Part shown: positions 9,971-18,506 of the stretch, piece after piece
How positions within the stretch are numbered: position 1 is the stretch's first letter
Layout of the letters: the number at the start of each line of letters is the position of its first letter
Assembly: GCA_007123715.1 (NCBI GenBank)
Contig: SKKO01000006.1
Coordinates: 1,123-65,122 of the forward strand
Origin: Balneolaceae bacterium
Lineage (GTDB): Bacteria > Bacteroidota > Rhodothermia > Balneolales > Balneolaceae
Length of the DNA: 64,000 nt
Direction: 5' to 3'
Translations under genes and position numbers: made by a program
The notes under the pieces: model-generated
The model's input: only the letters and a program-made list of their open reading frames with translations
The model's database searches: none
Told to the model about the DNA's origin: nothing

Positions 9971-10987
9971 ATGCCTGATCCCAATCGAGATATTTTATGC
10001 ATCGGCCGGAGTTCTATCGATCTCTATTCGAATGACATTGGTTCACCATTTGAAGAAATCACTACTTTTTCCGCATTTGTTGGCGGCTGCCCTACTAACA
10101 TAAGTGTTGGCACAAGACGGCTTGGCCTGAAGTCAGCCCTTTTAACAGGCATCGGTTATGATCCGGTGGGTGATTTCATCCTCAATTTTCTTAATAAGGA
10201 AGGTGTTGAAACTACTTACGTTTACCGAAAAAAAGGACGGCGCAGCAGTGCGGTAATACTGGGAATTGAACCTCCCGATAAATTTCCCCTTGTCTACTAT
10301 CGCGACAATTGTGCAGATATAGCTATCGATATTGATGATGTGAAAAATATACACCTTGAATCTTTCAGGGCAATAATCATAAGCGGAACCGGCCTGAGCC
10401 GCGAACCATCACGCTCGGCTACCATACTTGCAGCCGAACTGGCTTCTGAAAAAGGAGTGAAAGTATTTCTGGATATTGACTTTAGGGCAGATCAATGGCC
10501 AAACCTGCAGTCATTCGGTGCCATTACACGCTCAGTATTACCTTATGTGGATGTAATTATCGGAACATCTGAAGAAGTAAAGGCCGGGGCATATATGGGC
10601 AGCGGTGAAGCCGATGTAAGCCATTCGCAAGTGAACGAATCCAGGGTGGAGGCCGATCTTGATGAAAGTATCTGGCGTTTGCTTAAACGCGGCCCTGAAG
10701 TATTGATGCTAAAATCCGGCACGGATGGCTGTTTTGTATATGTCGCAAACAGCCCTGAACCGGTTCACGCAAAAGGCTATCCGATTGAGGTTGTAAATAC
10801 GCTCGGAGCCGGTGATGCATTCGCCAGCGGCCTGATTTACGGTTTCATGAACGGATGGGACTGGCATAAATGTGCACGCTTTGGGAATGCCTGCGGCGCC
10901 ATTGTGGTAACCCGTCACGGATGCGCGAATTTCATGCCAACAGTAAAAGAAGTTGAAGAGTTTGTAGCAACAAGGGGTGGATTATGA
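9971..10987 (+). CDS. iolC: 5-dehydro-2-deoxygluconokinase (PfkB family)
   Basis: IGRSSIDLY, VGGCPTNISVG, FPLVYYR, LDIDFR, NTLGAGDAF. Confidence 0.92.
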   Translation: MPDPNRDILCIGRSSIDLYSNDIGSPFEEITTFSAFVGGCPTNISVGTRRLGLKSALLTGIGYDPVGDFILNFLNKEGVETTYVYRKKGRRSSAVILGIEPPDKFPLVYYRDNCADIAIDIDDVKNIHLESFRAIIISGTGLSREPSRSATILAAELASEKGVKVFLDIDFRADQWPNLQSFGAITRSVLPYVDVIIGTSEEVKAGAYMGSGEADVSHSQVNESRVEADLDESIWRLLKRGPEVLMLKSGTDGCFVYVANSPEPVHAKGYPIEVVNTLGAGDAFASGLIYGFMNGWDWHKCARFGNACGAIVVTRHGCANFMPTVKEVEEFVATRGGL

Positions 10988-11922
10988 ACCTGTTTGAAAA
11001 AGAAAAAATAATTTCAAGCGATCTTTTCCGGCAAATCACGGATATCCGTGTTCAAAACCCCGGTTATATTTCAGAAATTGCAAATCTGAGAAAACGCCGC
11101 GCAAAATTTGTCCCGACTGGTAAAATGAATATCGTTGCGGCTGATCATCCGGCAAGGGGCAGCCTCTCGGTTGGTCATGACCTGCTTGCTATGGCCGATC
11201 GCCACAGCCTCCTGGCACGCCTTGTCAATACTCTGCAGTCCCGATGGGTTGACGGGGTACTGGGCAGTATGGATATACTTGAAGACCTGCTGATTCTCCA
11301 CGGGCTGATGAATAAATCGGAAAACGGTTTTTTGGATGAAAAACTGCTGATTACAAGCCTGAATCGGGGAGGGCTGCCCGGCGGGGCATGGGAACTGGAT
11401 GATCCTATTACTGGAACGAATGCCAAAACTTGTGCTGATCTCGGCCTTGACGCTGCCAAAATGCTGCTCCGGGTTGATTTCTCGTCGCGAGACACAATAA
11501 AAACCATTGAATATTGTGCTGCTGGTGTACGGGATATGAATTCTCAAAACCTTCCCATCATACTTGAACCATTGCCTGTCATAAAAGATGGAAGCAGTTA
11601 TAAAGTTGTAAAAGAGCCCGACCAGCTAATCCGGCTTGTGGCCGTTACAGCAGCCCTGGGTGACAGCAGCAGAAATATCTGGCTCAAAATACCTTTTACC
11701 GAAGATTTTGAGAGGGTGGCAGCATCCACAACACTTCCGATTGTAATCCTCGGAGGCGACAGAAATACAGGCCTGAATGAACTTCTAACAGATCTGAAAA
11801 AGGCACTTGGGACATCCCACCAGGTGCGGGGGGCCATGTATGGACGTAATGTTTTATATCCTGAACATGCGCATCCAAGAGATGTTGCCGAGGCAATCGG
11901 CAAATTGGTTCATGAAGAATAA
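10984..11922 (+). CDS. Class I (Schiff-base) aldolase-like TIM barrel, Cgl0159/DhnA-like
   Basis: AADHPARG, LNRGGL, KMLLR, ILEPLP, WLKIP (candidate Schiff-base Lys), ILGG, GRNVLY. ATGA overlap with the iolC stop. Confidence 0.75.
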   Translation: MNLFEKEKIISSDLFRQITDIRVQNPGYISEIANLRKRRAKFVPTGKMNIVAADHPARGSLSVGHDLLAMADRHSLLARLVNTLQSRWVDGVLGSMDILEDLLILHGLMNKSENGFLDEKLLITSLNRGGLPGGAWELDDPITGTNAKTCADLGLDAAKMLLRVDFSSRDTIKTIEYCAAGVRDMNSQNLPIILEPLPVIKDGSSYKVVKEPDQLIRLVAVTAALGDSSRNIWLKIPFTEDFERVAASTTLPIVILGGDRNTGLNELLTDLKKALGTSHQVRGAMYGRNVLYPEHAHPRDVAEAIGKLVHEE

Positions 11923-11987
11923 AAGAAATGGCTGAATCCAAATATCACTGCTGAAAAACTGAATGAATAAAATTAATCGTTGATACC

Positions 11988-13850
11988 ATGAAACATGAAA
12001 GACTTACCGTAGCACAGGCAACCATTCGTTTCCTTCAAAATCAATATGTAAAACGTGATGGAAAAGAAAATACATTTATTAAAGGCATCTGGGGAATTTT
12101 CGGACATGGTAATGTAGCCGGGTTGTCTCAAGCCTTGCACCAGTACCCTGAAATGCCCTATTACCTCACCAGAAACGAACAGGCAATGACACACACTGCC
12201 ATTGCTTACGCAAAAGCAAAATTCAGAATGGAAGCTTTTGCCTGCACATCTTCTGTAGGCCCGGGTTCAACCAATATGATAACGGGTGCGGCAACGGCTA
12301 CCATCAACCGAATACCTCTGCTGCTGTTACCAAGTGATATTTTTGCCCGCCGAAATCCAGGCCCGGTCCTTCAGCAGCTCGAATATCCCCTCAGCCAGGA
12401 TGTTTCGGTAAATGACGCTTTTAAACCGGTATCAAAATACTGGGATCGAATTAATCGTCCCGATCAGTTGTCCTGGTCGTTGCTCGAGGCTATGCGGGTA
12501 CTTACCTCCCCGGCAGAAACAGGCACGGCTACCATTTGTTTACCCCAGGATGTTCAGACAGAAGCTTATGACTATCCTTTATCGCTGTTTGAAAAACGAG
12601 TTTGGACAATACCACGCCAAAAGCCCGATGAGAGCCTGTTCAGTGAAGCTGTAACATTGATCAAGCAGGCAAAAAAACCTTTTATCATTGCTGGCGGTGG
12701 TGTTCTTTACAGTGAAGCAACCGAACAACTGGGCAATTTTGCATCTGCTACAGGCATTCCTGCAGCTGAAACACAGGCAGGAAAAAGCTCCCTGCCTTTT
12801 GATCATCCTCAGAATCTTGGTTCGATTGGCGCTACCGGTACACTTGCTGCAAATGAGGCAGCAACAGATGCCGACCTGATTATTCTCATCGGTACGAGGC
12901 TGAGTGATTTTACCACATCATCAAAAAGCCAGTTCCAGAACCCGGATGTTCGCTTTATTCATATCAATGTATGCTCAATGGATGCCCACAAACTATCGGC
13001 ACTTCCTTTGGAGGGTGACGCAAAAGTTACCATCCTGGCATTACAGGCAGCACTTGCAGATTATCATATCAGTGAAGAATACAGTTCCGCAATTCGTGAA
13101 TTAAGATCTCAGTGGATCGCTGAGCTCGACCGGGTTACGAACCTTACAGATTATGACCAGTTGCAACAGCCTAATGTACTGAAAGCAGTGAACGATGCGG
13201 CCGGAAAATCCTCCGTAGTAGTTGGCGCAGCCGGCAGCCTGCCCGGAGACCTACATAAACTGTGGAAATCGTATGAGCCGGGCGGGTACCACCTGGAATA
13301 TGGATATTCATGTATGGGCTATGAAATCGCAGGAGGGCTTGGGGTTAAAATGGCGCGTCCCGACAAGGAAGTTGTGGTTATGGTAGGAGATGGTTCTTAC
13401 CTGATGCTTTCATCAGAACTTGCAACTGCAGTACAGGAAGGAATTAAAATCACAGTGATATTGCTCAATAATCATGGTTACGGAAGCATTGGCTCGCTTT
13501 CGCAGTCTGTAGGATCGGAAGGATTCGGTACGAATTATCGATTCAGAGAAAATCAAAACGGTCAGCTAAGCGGAGAAACGTTACCGACTGATTTCGTGAT
13601 GAATGCCAAAAGTTATGGCGTGAATGTGCATTCTGTTGAAAGTTACGAACAACTTGATGAAGCACTGGCCAAGGCAATGAAAGCCGATACGACCCAGGTG
13701 ATTGTTGTTCCGGTAGATAAAGTTCAAAGAGTACCGGGTTACAGTTCCTGGTGGGATGTTCCCGTAGCTGAAGTTTCAGCTAATGATGGGGTTAAACAGG
13801 CACGTAAACAGTACGAAGAGGCTAAAAAGAAACAGCGAAATTTTTTCTAA
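11988..13850 (+). CDS. iolD: 3D-(3,5/4)-trihydroxycyclohexane-1,2-dione acylhydrolase (decyclizing)
   Basis: RLTVAQA, IFGHGNVAGL, RNEQAM, TSSVGPG, EYGYSCMGYEIAG, TPP motif VGDGSYLM...NN. Confidence 0.96.
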   Translation: MKHERLTVAQATIRFLQNQYVKRDGKENTFIKGIWGIFGHGNVAGLSQALHQYPEMPYYLTRNEQAMTHTAIAYAKAKFRMEAFACTSSVGPGSTNMITGAATATINRIPLLLLPSDIFARRNPGPVLQQLEYPLSQDVSVNDAFKPVSKYWDRINRPDQLSWSLLEAMRVLTSPAETGTATICLPQDVQTEAYDYPLSLFEKRVWTIPRQKPDESLFSEAVTLIKQAKKPFIIAGGGVLYSEATEQLGNFASATGIPAAETQAGKSSLPFDHPQNLGSIGATGTLAANEAATDADLIILIGTRLSDFTTSSKSQFQNPDVRFIHINVCSMDAHKLSALPLEGDAKVTILALQAALADYHISEEYSSAIRELRSQWIAELDRVTNLTDYDQLQQPNVLKAVNDAAGKSSVVVGAAGSLPGDLHKLWKSYEPGGYHLEYGYSCMGYEIAGGLGVKMARPDKEVVVMVGDGSYLMLSSELATAVQEGIKITVILLNNHGYGSIGSLSQSVGSEGFGTNYRFRENQNGQLSGETLPTDFVMNAKSYGVNVHSVESYEQLDEALAKAMKADTTQVIVVPVDKVQRVPGYSSWWDVPVAEVSANDGVKQARKQYEEAKKKQRNFF

Positions 13851-13863
13851 GTCAAAAAAAATA

Positions 13864-13894
13864 AAACCAGAAGGGCATATGCCACTTCTGGTTT
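13864..13894. terminator. Hairpin terminator between convergent iolD and iolE
   Basis: AAACCAGAAG / CTTCTGGTTT 10-bp stem, extended by GGC/GCC, immediately after the iolD stop. Confidence 0.7.
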
Positions 13895-13920
13895 CTCTTC
13901 TTCCGTAGCTGGATAAAACG

Positions 13921-13956
13921 AAGCGGGCAGCAAACATTTTTTGTTGCCCGCTTTTT
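13921..13956. terminator. Second (bidirectional) intrinsic terminator between iolD and iolE
   Basis: AAGCGGGCAGCAAA / TTTGTTGCCCGCTT stem with one G-U pair, followed by a T run. Confidence 0.75.
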
Positions 13957-14028
13957 CATTTTATCAGTAAAGTAATATCCGTATTTCAGGAATCCAACTG
14001 AATTATTTCAAACTGGCATTGATACCGG

Positions 14029-14928
14029 TCATAATCCAATTGAATTTAAATATTCACGATTTCTCTTCGCACTTTCTTTGGGTGAACCCATCCCGGGCAG
14101 CACATCCTGTTCCACTACAATCCAGCCTGAATATTTCTGTTTGTTCAATTCATCCAAAACTGATCTGAAATTAATTGATCCTTTCCCAAGCTCGCAGAAA
14201 ATCCCTTTCCCGACTGCGTCAAAATAGTCGAGATCATTTTCAACAACTTCTTTGAAAATGGTATGGCTCCAGTCTTTAAAATGAACGTGGCCCATTCTTT
14301 CCCGGTATTGGATTAACCCTTGCACCGGATCCCCTCCTCCAAAAGCAAAATGGCCTGTATCAAAGCAAAGATTGACATATTCCGGGCTTGTGCTGTCAAG
14401 TAGTCTTTCTATTTCCCACGGAGTTTCAATGTATCCGGCGCAATGATGATGGAACACACAATGAAGACCGGTTTCGTTTTTTACGGTTTTTGCAATACTT
14501 TCAACACCCTTTGTGAAAATATCCCAGTTTTCCGAAGATAGAGAATGCTCCGGCTTTATTCTTCCCGTTAGCCTTGTTCTTGTTTCATTTTTCCCGTTAT
14601 CATCCGAAAGTACAATCCTTGCGTGTTCCGGATCTGTATCTTTTAATAATCTGGCGGTTTTCAGTGCAAGATTCAGTCCGCTCTCATGGGCTGCCGGGTC
14701 AACAAAATTTACCGGCACAAAAGCACCAACCAAATTAAGATTTCGTTGATCCAGTTCTTTCTTTAATTGGGATGGTTCTGATGGCATAAATCCCCAGTCA
14801 CCAAGTTCGGTACCCAGATATCCCGTTTCATACATTTCATTCAAAACTTTTTCATAGGTATCTGTATTACCTTCAAGTCCAAATTCAAGGACGCCCCATG
14901 AACAGGGTGCATTTGCTATTTTTATCAT
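14029..14928 (-). CDS. iolE: Myo-inosose-2 dehydratase (xylose-isomerase-like TIM barrel)
   Basis: ANAPCSWG, GTELG, FHHHCAGYIE, FDTGH, HVHFKD, FCELGKG, WIVVEQD; iol context. Confidence 0.88.
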   Translation of the reverse strand: MIKIANAPCSWGVLEFGLEGNTDTYEKVLNEMYETGYLGTELGDWGFMPSEPSQLKKELDQRNLNLVGAFVPVNFVDPAAHESGLNLALKTARLLKDTDPEHARIVLSDDNGKNETRTRLTGRIKPEHSLSSENWDIFTKGVESIAKTVKNETGLHCVFHHHCAGYIETPWEIERLLDSTSPEYVNLCFDTGHFAFGGGDPVQGLIQYRERMGHVHFKDWSHTIFKEVVENDLDYFDAVGKGIFCELGKGSINFRSVLDELNKQKYSGWIVVEQDVLPGMGSPKESAKRNREYLNSIGL

Positions 14929-15020
14929 ATTAAAGTGTTGTTTCAGTTGCTCATTAAGTTGATGAATACCTCCCTTTTGCAGGTATTCATCAACACTCTC
15001 ATTATAATTTAGTGAAAAGA

Positions 15021-15034
15021 TGAAAACGTTTTAC
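15021..15034. promoter_or_regulatory. Candidate LacI-family operator O3 (TGAAAACGTTTTAC)
   Basis: Near-perfect palindrome in the divergent iolE/lacI intergenic region. Confidence 0.55.
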
Positions 15035-15200
15035 TCTCATTAATTCTATTGTATGAATTAATTTAGTACATTCTCCCATATATTTGTATTTATCGCATTT
15101 AGGGAACATATATCTTGGACTCATACAACTAACCTAAGTTTTTGATTGCAGAAATCTTAAGCTTCTGCATCAGTCAAAATTTTACCATTATCAAAAGCCT

Positions 15201-16211
15201 ATGCCTACATTAAAAGAAGTGGCTAAGTATGCAAAAGTTTCCATTACTACGGTTTCAAGAGTAATGAACGAAGCTGATAAAGTAAATCCTGAAACACGGG
15301 AGCGGGTACAGCGAGTAATGCGTGAACTCGATTACCAGCCAAACCGGGTTGCACAGCGCCTCAGAACCTCAAAAGGGCAATCCAAACTTCTTGGTTTGAT
15401 TATTCCGGATATTCAAAACCAGTTTTACTCAAGCATTGTGCGCGGTGTTGAGGATGTAGCTTACGGTAAAGATTATGCCGTTATTCTCTGCAATTCCGAT
15501 GAAAATCCAACCAAGGAACGATTTTATCTTGATGTTTTGCAATCTGAATCTGTTGACGGTGTAATCCTGCCACCCATTCACCAATACAGTAAAGTTGTCG
15601 AAGGCTTAATTGAATCGGGTGTACCGGTGGTTTGTGTTGACCGAAAACTGGTTAGGGAAGCTGTGGATACGGTTGTCGTCAACAATGAAAAAGGCGGTTA
15701 TCTTGCTGTAAAGCATATTCTTGATTTCGGACACAAGCGAATTGCAATATTAACAAGTTCATCACAGTTCTCTTCATTCGACGAAAGGCTAACCGGATAT
15801 AAAAATGCATTGAAGGATCATAACATTGCTCTTGACGATGAACTTATCAAAGAGGGTGACCCGCGCAGCACAGAATCTGCCTATCTGTTTACAAAAGAAC
15901 TTTTAAGGCTCAGTAACCCGCCAACTGCCATTTTTGCCACGAATAACCTTATGACGCTTGGAGTCCTTGAAGCCGTTCATGAAGAACAATTGAATGTACC
16001 TGATGATATCTCAATTGTGGGTTTTGATGATATGCCATGGGCCCGCGCCATTTCACCGCCGCTTACGGTTATTAAACAACCCGGTTACGAAATGGGGCGC
16101 CGTGCAACAGAACTACTTTTTCAGCGTTTTGAAGACCCAAAACGAGAGCCTGTACAGATCATCATGGAACCGACTCTCATTATTCGTAAATCAACAGGTA
16201 GAGTAAAATAA
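15201..16211 (+). CDS. LacI-family transcriptional regulator (probable iol repressor)
   Basis: HTH TLKEVAKYAKVSITTVSRV, hinge YQPNRVAQRL, TAIFATNNLMTLG, SIVGFDD, PPLTVIKQP. Confidence 0.95.
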   Translation: MPTLKEVAKYAKVSITTVSRVMNEADKVNPETRERVQRVMRELDYQPNRVAQRLRTSKGQSKLLGLIIPDIQNQFYSSIVRGVEDVAYGKDYAVILCNSDENPTKERFYLDVLQSESVDGVILPPIHQYSKVVEGLIESGVPVVCVDRKLVREAVDTVVVNNEKGGYLAVKHILDFGHKRIAILTSSSQFSSFDERLTGYKNALKDHNIALDDELIKEGDPRSTESAYLFTKELLRLSNPPTAIFATNNLMTLGVLEAVHEEQLNVPDDISIVGFDDMPWARAISPPLTVIKQPGYEMGRRATELLFQRFEDPKREPVQIIMEPTLIIRKSTGRVK

Positions 16212-16241
16212 ACCCGGTTATTAAGTTTTACCGGGGTTTTT
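16210..16241. terminator. Terminator between convergent lacI and ompA-like genes
   Basis: CCCGGT / ACCGGG stem flanked by A and T runs. Confidence 0.55.
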
Positions 16242-16268
16242 GTACTAATCGAAATACAATATCTGCTC

Positions 16269-16943
16269 CTATTCAGAAGCTTTCAGGCGCTCTACATATT
16301 CAGGGCTTGCAAATATAGCTACCTCAACCCTTCTGTTCAGCTGACGGCCCTCCTCCGTTTCATTATCCGCAATGGGTTCATATTCACCACGCCCTTCAAC
16401 ATCAATTCTGTCCCGGGATATACCCTGGGAAATAATATAGTTCGCCGCTGACAGTGCTCTTCTCATACTTAACCCCTGGTTATACGTTTCACTTCCAATC
16501 CAGTCGGTATGCCCTACAATTAACAGATTCGTATTAGTATCCCTGTTTAAAATTTCGGTAAGTTTATTAAGATTTTCCCGGGCTTCTGGGCGAAGTTCAG
16601 ATGAATCAAACGTAAAGAGAATACCGCTGTCAAAACTCACGGCAATACCTTCTTCTACACGCTGTACGGTTACACCTTCAAGTTCCTCTTCGAGTTCACG
16701 GGCTTTTCTGTCCATATTTCTGCCAATTATTGCTCCTACCGTACCACCCACAGCAGCCCCGGCAATCGCACCTGCAGCTGTATTTCCAAGGGTTTTTCCA
16801 ATTACGGCACCCGCAGCTGCGCCTGCACCGGTACCGACAGCTGCCCCAGTAGCTGTCCTGTTCCAGTTCGAACAGGAGGAAAAAATCAACGTAACAACAA
16901 AAAATAGCGACAAATAAATTGGCAATCTTTCAGTTTTCATCAT
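16269..16943 (-). CDS. OmpA-family lipoprotein with glycine zipper
   Basis: Lipobox FSSC, GAAVGTGAGAAAGAVIG repeats, GHTD, LSMRRA, NRRVEVAI. Confidence 0.92.
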   Translation of the reverse strand: MMKTERLPIYLSLFFVVTLIFSSCSNWNRTATGAAVGTGAGAAAGAVIGKTLGNTAAGAIAGAAVGGTVGAIIGRNMDRKARELEEELEGVTVQRVEEGIAVSFDSGILFTFDSSELRPEARENLNKLTEILNRDTNTNLLIVGHTDWIGSETYNQGLSMRRALSAANYIISQGISRDRIDVEGRGEYEPIADNETEEGRQLNRRVEVAIFASPEYVERLKASE

Positions 16944-17225
16944 CTTATAAGATTCATTACTAAATAATTGGCTGATTCAAATGCTTCATAAATCACCCTG
17001 CTACCTGTTTTAGTCAAATGAACAGACTTTTGTTTCTGAAATATTATTAATTTTTGAATCTGAGCACATTAGAACCACACCCCTTGTGGAAAATGACACT
17101 TCCAACGGGTCCCTTCATGATTAAAAATCCTTTGGGATAAGGAGGGGACTTTTGAAGCACGTAAATGATGATTTATAATCGAACCCAAACCACAGAAACT
17201 TTTGATTTCCGGTCGTTAACAATAA

Positions 17226-18221
17226 CTATAACTTCAGCACCGAATGGTCTCCGATATGTATCTCTCCTTTTGCACCAATAACCTCTGCATGATTTCCAAT
17301 GGTTGAACGGGATAAATCACAATCATTCAGAATGGTATTCTCTTGGATGATGGTATCCCTGATTTTAGATTTGTTGATTTGGCTGCCGGCTTCAATACTA
17401 ACGTTCGGTCCAATTTCACTGTTACTGATTTCCACTCCCTCACCTATAAATACAGGTGGAAAAATAGTAGAGGCTTCATATTGCCCGTATTCATGATTTT
17501 CTTTGGCTAATATTTCACCGGTTGTGTTCAGCCAGGCGGGAATGGTTCCGCAATCAAGCCATTCATCTACGGTAGCTTTTTTGAATACTTTACCGTCTTT
17601 CAGAAGCCGGTCAAGAGCATCTGTAAGCTGATATTCACCACCATGGCCTGTTATATCATGCTTAATCAGGTATTGTATTTCTTTCATCAGGGCTTCGCCA
17701 TTTTTGAAATAATAAACACCAATAATTGCAAAATTCGAAATAGGTTCACTGGGCTTCTCCACAAATTCTGTAATTTTATCCCCTTCAAATACAGCAACTC
17801 CAAACCGGGACGGATCCTCAACTTCCTTGAGCCAGATCACACTATCAGCATTCTCTACGGATACCTTATCTTTAGAATCGAAAACCGTATCAGCAAAAAC
17901 AATGATCACTTCACCCTTAAGTTTATCGCCCGCACAAGCTACGGCATGTGCCGTGCCAAGCGCATTTTCCTGTACCCCAAATGTAGCCTTTGCATTGTGG
18001 CGGGCACTCATTTCTTCAAGTGTCTGCCTGATCTCTTTCCCAAAATCCGGGCCGAGAATGTAAATGATTTCGGTTATGCTCCGATCAAGTGTTCGCGCAA
18101 ATGTTTCCACAATGCGCTCAACAATCATGGTGCCGGCAACAGGTAATAAAGGTTTGGGAATTGTATGTGAATGCGGACGAACCCGTGTTCCACGTCCGGC
18201 CATTGGAATAATTAGCTTCAT
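17226..18221 (-). CDS. Sugar-phosphate nucleotidyltransferase with C-terminal beta-helix
   Basis: IIPMAGRGTRVRP, PKPLL, LGTAHAV, RFGV, FVEKP, EYQLTDAL, WLDCG; hexapeptide-like tail. Confidence 0.9.
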   Translation of the reverse strand: MKLIIPMAGRGTRVRPHSHTIPKPLLPVAGTMIVERIVETFARTLDRSITEIIYILGPDFGKEIRQTLEEMSARHNAKATFGVQENALGTAHAVACAGDKLKGEVIIVFADTVFDSKDKVSVENADSVIWLKEVEDPSRFGVAVFEGDKITEFVEKPSEPISNFAIIGVYYFKNGEALMKEIQYLIKHDITGHGGEYQLTDALDRLLKDGKVFKKATVDEWLDCGTIPAWLNTTGEILAKENHEYGQYEASTIFPPVFIGEGVEISNSEIGPNVSIEAGSQINKSKIRDTIIQENTILNDCDLSRSTIGNHAEVIGAKGEIHIGDHSVLKL

Positions 18222-18506
18222 AAATATGTTTTATTTTAAATGATTAATTAAAAGGATTTCCCAAAACCATGGTATTTTTTTATTCAAAAAACATGAATGA
18301 CTTAAAGCACTTTTTTCACCTATTCTTTCATATCTTCAGAATAGCATGAGTCATGACTGTAAATGAAAGTTTTCTGTTCACTAAACAACACTAAAAAAAT
18401 CACTTTCGGTCTCATTTACAGAAGCTATAAATCACTAAATATCAAAAGATACCACTTTGAATCCACATAGTCGACCTGTTAAACCCCGATAAATCCTATC
18501 CCCGAT

